Source of the DNA: Ancylonema sp.
Taxonomy: Eukaryota
DNA: 64,000 nucleotides
Assembly: GCA_050230475.1 (NCBI GenBank)
Contig: JBFLGF010000139.1
Location: 1 to 64,000, forward strand
Direction of reading: 5' to 3'
The notes below the pieces were generated by a model that saw only the letters and a list, made by a program, of their open reading frames with translations, did not search any database and was not told the DNA's origin. The translations under genes were made by a program, and so were the position numbers. Shown here in pieces: positions 39,350 through 50,500 of the stretch; the first letter of the stretch is position 1, and each line of letters begins with the position of its first letter.

Positions 39350-40854
39350 AAAAAAAAAAAAAAAAAATGAACTTTACCGGATCTTACGTTTTAAGGTTAT
39401 TTGGCTCTTGGCTGGCAGTTGGCGGGTGGCCCAATTGTCGGATGGCACTAGCATTGGTGAATTTCTTGAAGGTAGGTCCCAGTTATTGCGCGAGGCTGAG
39501 GTGCGGTTTGACCGGGGCAACAACTTTATCCCCCAATAACATATAAATATAAATATTAAAAATAGTCGGCCAGTTTAATTATTAATTGGCCGGAGGTAGG
39601 CGGAAATGGTTTTGGTTGATCTAAAAAAATTAGAAAGTGGCTCCCAGGAATTCCTTTCCGGGGAGTAATTTTTCCACTTTACAAAAAAAAAAAAAATCCG
39701 ACCCACCATCGCGATAGTCAAGAATTGCCTCCACCCCAAATTGTTCCGTCGGAGTGACGGTGTTAGAATCTTGTCTGCGGCTTCGACCGGGCAAAACTGC
39801 CTTCGGGTCATGGTACGGAAGTAGCATGGTGACATGAAAAACGTCATGGACGTTCATGTTGTTGGGCAAATCTAGTTGGTACGCCACGGGTCCAACCTTC
39901 TTGACGACGCGGAGAGGAGATGTGAATAGTGCCCCGAGCTTCCTCGATGGGAGGTCGTATGTTGGCGAATTGTGTAAAAACAGGTGCTAAATAAGACGAA
40001 GTGCTAGATGAGTATTTGTAGTAGTGAAGGTTGAATACAACGATCACTATGGCTGTATAGCGAACTTAGTAGTAGTTCGGAATAGATGTGCATACTGTGA
40101 CGAGGGCATTTTCCGGGTGTTTGTTATATCAGGGCATGTATAGCTGGTTAGCGGTACGATTACGATGACGGAATGTCATACGTTGTGCATGCGGTTGACT
40201 TGACATGAGGGTAGTCTAATCGTCATGAGTTAGTTGAGCGGGACGTGTCGTGGGGATGTGCATTGTCGGTTAGATGGGCGCGGTTGTATTGGTCCACCCA
40301 TGCATGGTCATAGGTAGTTGACCGGGCTTATGTCATGTGCATCATGTAGTAGGGGAAGCCGGGCGCGTGTCATTGGCCCCGTAGAAGTTGCACTAGGGTG
40401 CTTTCGGTAGTCAGCAGTACGGTTGCACATGACTAGTCTCTTACGTACGCAAAGCGGTTGAAACCGCCAACCCGCACTTGAGTGCATTGTTGTAGTCACT
40501 ATATAAGACGACGCATTTGGTCGTCCACATTATTGGAAATATTCGAAACCCTTGTCGTTGTCTCCGTGTGTTTCGCAACCCCGCAGTTTATTCGTGCACG
40601 TCATGATGATTCGTGAGTAGGCATTTCTATGAGTTTGATTTGCCCCCGAGTGAGGGTACTGTCGGCTAGGATGGCCTCCGTACAGCAACGGCCGAGGGCG
40701 ACCGTTGCAACAAATTGGCATTGCTTAACCTTACCAAGTCTCCGACTTGGAAGGAAAGATCTTGTCTCGACTTGTCCGCGTTGTCTTTTTGCTCGCCTTT
40801 GCTCGGTCGAGATAGTCCTTGGCTCGGTCCAAGGCCGTTCTTAGTTTCGATCAC
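39350..40854 (-). mobile_element. Chromovirus remnant: integrase C-terminus, chromodomain, PPT and start of 3' LTR
   Basis: The sequence reads QKDNADKSRQDLSFQVGDLVRLSNAN [solo LTR] SPTYDLPSRKLGALFTSPLRVVKKVGPVAYQLDLPNNMNVHDVFHV, then chromodomain FGVEAILDYR...VKWKNYSPERNSWEPLSN (frameshifted). A purine tract GGGGGATAAAG is followed by TGTTGC at 39522. Confidence 0.9.
39973..40712. mobile_element. Solo LTR (740 bp)
   Basis: TGT...ACA termini with an exact 5-bp TSD AATTG (39968-39972 and 40713-40717). Removing it restores the integrase reading frame. Confidence 0.9.
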
Positions 40855-41364
40855 ACCACAAACACAGCAATCGCAGATCGATGATGAGTGAAATACGGTA
40901 CAGTCACGCTGATAAAAACAACCGGGTACCTAGTCTCCAAAAAGTGAGGCTAACGATAACATGAATCCAAGGTATACTCTAGCGAGCTCCCCTCACTAGC
41001 GCATTCCGTACTGGTCACAACGGGTATAAAATAGCCCTATCCTCTAGCATGCGCTGAGTAACCTGCACAACGGTACCAACGACACTCCTATTGCTAGTCA
41101 CACGCACAGCCTCACTCCTCGCTATTGACACTGCACCGATATCTGGTCAACCCTTACACTCGCTAATGCCCTACCCTAGCCAATCGCCCGAGTCAAACAT
41201 TGTTGAATTAATCAATCATACTACTGCCTACGTAGCGTTATAACCTCCGCCCAACTCTTGCCATCCGGCGTATAACCAACCGCCTGCTCTACCGCCTACC
41301 CAGCCTCACCATCTATCTCCCTACCACTATCTACGGGAATACTCTATCACTAGGGGTCCTCCCC

Positions 41365-41450
41365 TCCGACCCCTAGGCACGGATCGTCCGACCCCTATGT
41401 GCGGATCGTCCGACCCCTATGTGCGGATCGTCCAACCCCTAGGTGCGGAC
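41365..41450. repeat. 22-bp minisatellite (~4 copies)
   Basis: Contiguous TCCGACCCCTATGTGCGGATCG units with no spacers. Confidence 0.9.
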
Positions 41451-42007
41451 TAGATCGCATACTGCCCCCGGACTAGTGTAGTAGGCTTACTTGTTACATG
41501 CGGGAAAAATTGTATGTCGGAGGCGGGCAAAGGACGTATGTGAAGAGCAGGTTTGCGAGGACTGGGGGGGAAGAGGGGGGACAAAAGAGGGAACAAAATG
41601 GAAGGGGAGGGGGGGAATGGGAATGATTGCACGTCGGGGAGGAGGTGGTGCAGATTGGGAAGACTAGCAAACCTCCGTGGCTCTTTAAGCCTTCTAAATA
41701 AAACCACACTCAAAGGGTTTTGAAGGGTCCGAAATATCCAAGAGTTTGTTGATTGAGGGTCTAAAATGGTTCACTTTTTAAGATTTCCCGCCGCGGTTCC
41801 TGCGCAAATCGTTTGGGGATCGAGCCCCGAACGGGTATCCGGACATATAGACCGCCCCGGTTGTCGTCCGCACGCTGAGAGCCACTCATGGGGCGGGAAA
41901 ATTGCCGGGCGTTGTTCAACGCCGCTGACCCAGTAATCCGCAGTAAAATGAGCACCTGCACCTCTGTCCATCCGAAAGCGCATGCGTATTTGTAGATTCG
42001 TGGCTTA

Positions 42008-45000
42008 ATGCCTCCATGCAGTCTTCGCATAAGCCAGAGACTCAAAGAGTTGAGCGCACTGCTAAGGAGCGGTCTTCCGACGAACCAGAGCAGCGCATTA
42101 TATAGAAATTCCGATGAATGTTACGTGCTTCATAGCATACACGGGAGTCCAATTCAGTCTTTTGATGTGGCAAAACTCAAAAAGAAACCCGCCGCAGTAT
42201 TGTACGGCACGCACTTTCCCTCTGCACTTTCTTTAAGGGAAATAAATCAAGTAACCACCGGTCGCACGGGAAACTCCGGCAACGACAGCAGAAAGAGGAC
42301 ATTTTTTTGGTCTTCTAGTAAATATTCTGGAGTAGGCCGGCACCTGCACACTACGTTGAATGCACCTGTAGTGGTGACTGATCTGAATCACTGTGTGTGT
42401 CAAAAGTATCAAGTAGCTTATTCACTGCATGGGATTGTGCCCCTAGTTGAATCGAGAGAATGGGGGCAAAAAATTGTTCCCGATATTGGAGCGGTCAGTA
42501 CCAGTCCAGTCGGTTTGTATGGTTATCCTCCGCTGACGTCTCCCGATGGCTTTCATCAAATGGGCGAGGACGCGATTCGAAGGTGATTCTACTCGCTGAC
42601 CCGCAATCTCTTTTTCTCCACTCACCCATGGGGACCTGGTCGCCAATCAAGTCGAGTGCCGAATCACTCATTCTCTCCTGCTTGACAGCTGCCGTTCCCA
42701 CAGTTTCTGAGTGAGAGCTGTGGTCACCCACGTGCATATCCACGTGGATCGTCTGCTCCTACGGCGAACGTAATTTTCTTTGGGTGCTTCCTTCAGATGT
42801 GAAGAATTGGTGACTAGTGTGACGACACAGAACCCCTCGATCGCCACAATCCGAATTCTTGACGAAATTTCGGATACGGTATGCCCCCTCTCTCCCTTTC
42901 CCCCCCCCCCATCGCCCTTTGTCTGACCCTTCGTCTGCCCTGCCTTTCCTCCTCAGTTGTGCACCGTGTTGGATGCCGCGGAGTTGTGCCGGAACACGCA
43001 CGAGGACAGACGATGGGTGGAGGCGGCCCATGGTGTCATTGGGCACCTTTCGGAATATTTGGGTCAGCTGAACCGCAGCAGGGAGCTGTACGCGGTGCTC
43101 AAGTCCGCCGTGTCCTCTGAGAGTGTGCGGTGGGGGGGGGAGGAGGCGCAGCGTGTGGGGCGCATGCTACTGAACGACTTTGAGAGGGGAGGGGTGCACC
43201 TGGACGAAAGGAAGCGGGAGGCGGTCGCCCTTCGTGAGAGGGAGATTCAGGAGCTGAGTACAAAGTGAGGCGTACAGTCGGCTCTACTACTTCCCCTCTC
43301 CTCTCTTCTTCCCCCTCACCCTTTTTACCTTTTCCAGGTTTCAGTTTCCAGCGGAACATTGCGGAGGACGCTACGCATGTGGACGTATTCCCTCCTTCCA
43401 AGCTGAAGACCCTCCCTGAAACGATGCGCACCACGTTGCCCAAGGTTCGCCAACTGTCAGATGGCACCACGATAGCGGAGGGCGAGTACGGTTGGGTGCG
43501 TCCACTTACCAGGGGTGCCAAGGGTCGACCCGGCCTACGGGTTTTGGCGGACAACAGTCGGACCCAATCCGTGCTCAAGTGGATCCGAGAGGAGGAGGTA
43601 GGAGGGGGGTACCACCCAACTCTTCTTTTGGACCAATGATGGAGGCGCCTCCGGTTGTGGTGGGTGGTGGGTGGTGGGTGGTGGGTGGTGGGTCAGGTGC
43701 GGAAGGCGGTCTTCGTCGCAAACCACCGCTCCCCCGAAATGAACCTTGGTGTGCTGGACGACCTCATCCAGGCGAGGCACGCCCTCGCTACCCTCCTCGG
43801 CTTCCCCTCCTATGCCCACTTCGTGACAGCCCCTGGCGTGGCGGGGAAGCCAGAGACAGTGGTCAACTTCCTGGAGGGACTGAGTGCCAAACTACGAGCC
43901 AAAGCAGAGCAGGAGAGGCGGGTGCTGGAAGTCTGCAAGGGGGCTTCTCCCATTGCTGCGTGGGATGTTGCGTTCTACACGGGATTGGCGAAATCACGCG
44001 CTTTTGATCTGGATTCCCGTGTCCTTTCCTCCTACTTTTCTGTGGACTGCTGCGTGGAGGGCCTGGGGGTTCTCCTCCGCTCCCTCTTCCATCTCACCCT
44101 CCAGCGCACAGCGATGAGGGAGGGAGAGGGGTGGGCTCCTGAGGTCCAAAAGTACACAATCACACACCAGGAGGAGGTGGGAGGGAGGGGGAGGAGGAGG
44201 GGGCAGCCATTCGCCAGGTGGCATGAGGTGTGACCGCCGTGTGGGGTTGGGTAGCAGGGGGAGGTGGGCACCATCTACCTGGACCTCTTCCCCCGCCCCC
44301 TCAAGTACATCCACGCCGCACACTTCACGCTCAAATGCGGTCGCCGCCTCTCCCCCACGTCCTACCAGCTGCCGGTGGTGGCGCTGGTAACCAACTTCTC
44401 TCGCTCCCCCTCAGGCTCCTGTCTGCTCACACACGGGGAGGTGGAGACGCTGTTCCACGAGTTTGGACACGCCCTCCACTCCCTTCTCTCCCGAACGGAG
44501 TTCCAACACCTGGCAGGGACGAGGGCAGCTCTGGATTTTGTGGAAACTCCCTCCAACCTCTTTGAGTACTTTGCCTGGGACCCAACCCTACTACAACACT
44601 TTGCCCGAATGGGGGGCAGGGGGGAGGCCATCCCCCTCCACTTAGTGACCGCCATGAGGAAGGCCAGATCCATGTTTGCGGCAACAGATCTGCAGACCCA
44701 AGTGGTGTATGCCCTGTCGGACCAAGCATTGTTTGGACCCAACCCGCCCACCGGGCGTGAGACGGAGGCGGAGCTGAGGGACATCCAGAATGATCACTCC
44801 ATGGTGCGCCATGTGGAGGGCACTCACTGGCAGAGCAGGTTCAGCCACCTGGTGGGGTACGGGGCCGGGTAAGCATGATTCACCTTCTCTCAGATTCGTT
44901 GGTATCGTCATATTCACGTACATCTTATTATTTGTCATTGCCCTCCATTCTGACATGTATTTTAGTATTTTTGTTTGCCACTGTTTCGAACCAGCCTTTT

Positions 45001-45507
45001 CTATACTCTGGTTGTGGGCATCTGTATTTCCCACTTGACATCCGGGTAGTAAGCATTTCTGTCCAACAAGTCTAAAGTAAGTGATGGCACTTGTGGTGTT
45101 GGTTCGATGCAATCTGTGCAACCTTGTCACCTCCTCTTGCCACTTTACAAATTTTACCGAGTTCGGATTGCACTCCTAGTAGGAACATCGATCGATTCCT
45201 TTGTCTCTTACTCGGTAGTGGCACGTACACCACCTCAGGTCTCCCCCCCCCTTCCCTTCTTACTTGCAGGTACTACACCTACCTCTATGCCAAGTGTTTC
45301 GCGTCTAAAATATGGAATACTCATTTGGCCGCCGATCCACTGAATGAGGAAGGTGGCAGAGTGTTGAGGGAAGGCCTGCTCCAATGGGGCGGAGCAAAGG
45401 ACCCCTCCTTGTTGTTGCACCAAATGGGGGCGAGTAGAGGGAAGGGGGAGCAAGGAGAGAGAGCAGTTCCGTGTGAGGACTACCTCTTTCGAGAAATGGA
45501 AGAGTGA
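42008..45507 (+). CDS. OCT1: Mitochondrial intermediate peptidase (M3A metallopeptidase, OCT1/MIP)
   Basis: Exons 42008-42582, 42797-42878, 42957-43264, 43345-43597, 43697-44176, 44258-44868 and 45270-45507. Motifs: GLYG, LDEISDTLCTVLDAAELCRNTH, DFERGGVHL, IYLDLFPRPLK, LFHEFGHALH (HExxH), DFVETPS, HLVGYGAGYYTYLYA. Confidence 0.95.
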
Positions 45508-47248
45508 GGAATTTTTAGCGATGGCTTATAAGTGTTGAATGAAGTAATAACCACAAAGAACAAGAAAAGGTGACGTGGTTGTGTTGCTTCCCAACTAGTT
45601 TTCAACGAGTGCTTTGTAGAGAAGTTGTAATAGCCTTCACCCGAATGCGGATGGATTTTACAATGGCATACTAGCTGCCCCACTAGACAAACCTTTTTTA
45701 CTAACCACAAGCACAAGCACAAGCTTGGTTTGTTTTGCCTTCAATCACGTCAAATTGACTTGGTCTCGAGTAAACCGGGACCACTTTGACGTACATGTAA
45801 GCAACTACGGCATCACATACTCTATGTTTCATTATTTTTGGTCCGACTAGAGAATTAGCCTGCTGCTGATACAGACAAGCCAATGCTTTATATGGAAGCC
45901 GACTCCAATGGGCACGTCACTAGATCTTCCCAAGGTGGTTGACGGCTATACCATACCCGCCATATCTAATGTCCCGGAAATCGATGATAATTTAATTTTC
46001 CAATGGGACAACAAACCGAGATTGAAGTATTACTTGCGAGGTCGATCCTCAGGCCTTAAATTCGATAGTTCCCCGTTTTTTACTCAACCCTCAGGCTACA
46101 TCCACTACTAAAAATTAGAGTGAAATCTGTGTAGAAAAATAATGTCGTGAGCAACTAACTATGTTAGTAATTAACATAGTCAGTTACTGAGAATACTTAG
46201 AAATCAGAGAGGTTATTTATTTACACGTCACATTTTGGGTGTCACCGATTTTCGGATGGAAGCCTAATAAAACCCACGGTTATCCACACATTAATTTCAT
46301 CATGTTTCTTCGTACTTTTTCAGGGTAACATAATGTGCGGATTTCTACGTAAGGACCCCCGGAATCCTACTCGAAAGTGCTTCTCCGATAAATGTTATCG
46401 ATTTCTCGAAGTATCACAAATTGCGTTACCGGAGAGTATATAGTGGAGAGTACATAAGAAGCATCCGCATTTCATGGTTGTTTTTATGAGTTTTGTTGCA
46501 CCACTTGGGATGTTGAAAGGCATGGGGCACAATGAAGTGTACACCAAATGCAATGCATACGCATCTTATTGTAGACGAAACGATCACGGAGAGGGTGCGC
46601 ATCAAAATCGACAATATAGTCTTCATGTGTCCATCAACGTCATCCTTTTGTCAACCATTGATGTACATGAGTATTATAAAAATGGCTTTCAGAAGCCAAT
46701 GAGTACATTGTAGTTCACACGATTGGCTACGTATACCAAAATATCGCGGACCAATTTACGGACTAATAACTTTAGTGCATTCGTAATGTACAACTTGTAG
46801 AGTCCGTTTGCAACATTTGAGGCATTTCACTCATTCAGCCCATCTGATGGAACTCTGATCAACAAATCGCTCATGGTTGTTGTATAACACGTAAAACACG
46901 TCCTCCCCCTCCTCTTCGGCTTCCATTGTGGCACGGACCTACAGATCGGATTTCCGAGGTTCCGGTTCCGAATCGGGTCCGTCCTCTCAAGCCAAAAATC
47001 CGGTGTCGTATAGAGAGGCCTCGTGTGGCTGTAGCGGGTTGCTTTGCCGTTATAGGCTGTAGTGGTGCTTGTGTGCGTTATGCCGTGGATAAGGCTGAGA
47101 ATGTTCCAGGCTTGCTAGCGGTGAATTTAGGTGACCACGAACCTTCCGCGGTTGGTTCGCGGTGCTTGGTTTCTATTGGTCCTCTAGGATTTCTTGCATC
47201 CCATAAGTCCTAAGTCGATAGTTCTTGATCTAGCGAACAGGGTGCCGC

Positions 47249-47517
47249 TGTCACGCGTGCGACCGTCAGGTTAGAGACTTTTGGACCAGCGCTGCTCCGT
47301 TGAGCTCGTTGGTGCCCGCCTATTAAGCGTTTAAGGACTCATTGTACACCTTTCCGGCACATTTCCTGCGGACGACTTACTTTTGATTACTTGCCTGTTT
47401 TAATAAGTTTGTTGTAGCTAGAATGCCCTTGAGCCTCAAAAGTGTGCTGATTTCGTCTCTTACTTTGGCACCCATCGCATTTCTTGCTTTGGATAGTAGT
47501 TAAAACAATTTGGGACA
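47249..47517 (+). repeat. Probable 5' LTR of the Gag-protease element (may extend to 46927)
   Basis: TGTCAC...GGGACA termini, followed 4 nt later by an 18-nt PBS-like site and then the Gag ORF at 47580. No second LTR is available in the window to confirm. Confidence 0.6.
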
Positions 47518-47579
47518 TGATTGTGCCGGAAAGGTGTACCAGGGAGAGTGAGCAATTACACCCATATCAAGTGCTATGA

Positions 47580-50500
47580 ATGTCCTGGCATCGTCCCACA
47601 AATAGGTTGATTCGGATCTCTCCGGTTGACACAGATTGGGGATCTCAGTCACCAAGCTCAGAAATATCAGATTTAGAATATCAATTGGATTTTTTGGACA
47701 TTTTCAACAGAGTTCGTGAGCTTCAGCGACATCCTCGCCTGAATCTTTTTCCTAATTTTCCCGAAGCACCATTACCACCGGCATTCCTCGGAGCTGATGA
47801 TTCCTTTGACGACGATTCAGATATGTCGGAGGGCAGACCACCAAAGTACAATGGGGATTGGGAAACAACAGGAGTTCTATTTATTTATGCTGCACGCGCC
47901 TTCTATCGCAGGATGTGCCTCCGAAAAGATCGCGTGCTGCAGTCGTATGAGAGGTTCGTCCAGCCAGAATTTCTGGACGTGGATTTGCGAGATTGTTTGG
48001 GCAGGGACGCGTTACTCGTCCTGACTACGTTCTTGCAGGAATTACGAGCAGTGCCGTCGGCGGGAGCAGCCGGACAGCCAACTCGTGATAGACAAGTGGC
48101 GCGTGTGGAGTGGAAGGATTTCCGAGTGGATGGAAGCAGCGCGTGGAGCGAAGCCAAATCCACGAAGATTTCTTTCTGCGACTTCGACAGCGGTTTATGG
48201 CCAACTGCAACGAAGCCTATCTCAACCTTATGAACTACCGGCTTCGCGCCAGAGACACCGTGCACTCACAATTTGTCCGACTGGACGAGTGCGCTAGCCC
48301 TACCGAAGACAACAATATGACGCGGCCAAAAGACAACGCCTTACGCTTCTATCACTTTCTCTGCGAACCAGCCAAGAGCGAAGTCAAGGTGGACTACAAA
48401 GTTGAGCAGAAGCGACGGTGGGATGCAGTACCAAGGTTACCGGCCATGACTAGAGAGGAGGTGAGAGATATGACGCAGCGGGCGGAGAACAGGGCACTGA
48501 AAATGAGTGCTCGATACAGACACATTGATATGGACCCGACCTCACCTGGAAGGCATTTCATACTTCTACCCAACCCGCGCAAAGCGAATCCATTTCCAGC
48601 CTTTGTCCCTCTTCATAGCTGGCAAACACCTGCTCCTGTCCTTCCGGCTCCTGACACTCCGGGTGGGGACACCAGAACCTGCCACATCTGCGGACAAATC
48701 GGCCGTGTGCGCTCCAACTGCCCGTCCAGATCTGCAGTTACTCGAGTCGGCCCGTCAACCGCACCGATTTCTGGAGGTCGGCAAAGCGGTCACCGAGGAG
48801 CAGCAAGGGTAACTGGATCCAAGGGAAAGTGGGAAAGCACCGACAAGGATCGTACACCAAATGCGTTTTGCACCTATTGCAAACGGCAACATCACACGGT
48901 AGACCAGTGCATCACCAAGAAGCGTGGTCTACCTGCGGTGCCTTTCCGTGTCCCCTATCCTCAGTACACCCCACGTCAACATCTTCAGGAGAGCGAACCG
49001 CAACAAGGAACCGTCTACACGGAGCAGTAACCAGAGCTGCAGCAGCGGTTTCATCCGGAGGAGCAGCAGAATGTGCAGGCAGAGGTACAACCACCGTACA
49101 ACGCGGGTTATTAGTACTACGGCTACCACACCGAAGGCCAGCCGGGGATGCAAGGAGTGCAAGCTGAGGTGGAGACGCTGCCACCAGTTCTTTTGGACGC
49201 GTCTTCAGTGGCAACAGCAGCTCTGAGGCGATCTGCGCGTCTGCAGCAGAAGGAGACGATGGGAGGACAAGTCGCTTGGGATCTGGACACCGAGGCACCT
49301 GTGCGCGTGGGAGACGGCACCCCTACTCCAGCTCCAGACATCAGATTTGGCCAACGATTGGCACGACAACCAGTCGCCGTTCCTTGTCCCCTCTCCTTCC
49401 AGAACCTGCGCACCCTGAGGTGGACCCTTTGTCGGCAAAACCAGCATTGAAAGAGCCTGCTCGAGGAGGTGACTACAGACGCACTAGGGACACCACCTAG
49501 ATGCCCCTCAGTTTTAAGGTCAGAGATTTTAGGGCCCTTGAACCAGGAACTACTTTAGATGATGAACCCCCTTCCGAGGAGTTGCCCAATGGGCCGATTG
49601 TATCTGATATGCAGCACATGGTAGGACAATTGGCGGAAGTGGTAAATCAATGTCAAGGTATGCACAAGACTATGAGTGGCATCATGCAGTATGGTAGGAC
49701 AGCGCTAGGAAGTGCTAGTGCTGTGATTTGCCTTGCCCCACTTGTAGCAGAACAACTGTGTGCACCATGGGCCATGGGGCAGAATTATGTTGGTAGCATG
49801 TTGGCTAGGGAGGCTAGCGACCCATCGTTCCTTCCAGATCTGAACCAGGGAGGGAGGACAGCAGTGTCTAACTGTCTGGGCTCAGGGAGAACAAGTGTTG
49901 GGGACTTGACACAAGGAAGTGCCCTTCCCAACCTTGGGGAGGCAACTCCTTCCTCATTTCTGTAGGAATTATATCGGATAGCCATGTTTGCTAGCGTGCT
50001 AGTCCGGACTGCCGGTTAGTGTAACCGGTAGTGTTCCTAGTTTGTGCTTATAATGAGGGGGCTTATAATGAGGGGCCGGACTTAGGTCCGGGCACCCGAA
50101 TATGACGTTTCGGCTGTACCGTGTGTAGCACGTGCGGTCTAGATGGTTCCGAATCTAGACGTTATGTTTGCGTGTGCCGTTGACAGAATCTGACTGTTGT
50201 TGAGTTATGATAGGCCGACGGTTCGCAGACATGACCGTCGGCACGCATTGTAGATTCATGTTGTGGACGAGGCATCGTGGTATACCTACACGATGCCGAC
50301 CATTCAAGATTATTCTTCCAACTCAACACTTTGTCATTGATCACTTCTGAGAGACGAAGCCTTGTACGGAAAGAATCACAGCTCGCACCCCGATCACGTA
50401 GCATCCCTAAAAGATTATGGGCCCACAAGCGGTCTAGTTAAAGACGTTGTGTCAATAACTACAGGCATTCCACGCGATTCGCTGCTAAGGCACTCTGAGG

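Noticed and set aside
41365..41450. 22-bp repeats as a CRISPR-like array
   Set aside because: The units are contiguous with no spacers, there are no cas genes, and the context is eukaryotic. It is a minisatellite.
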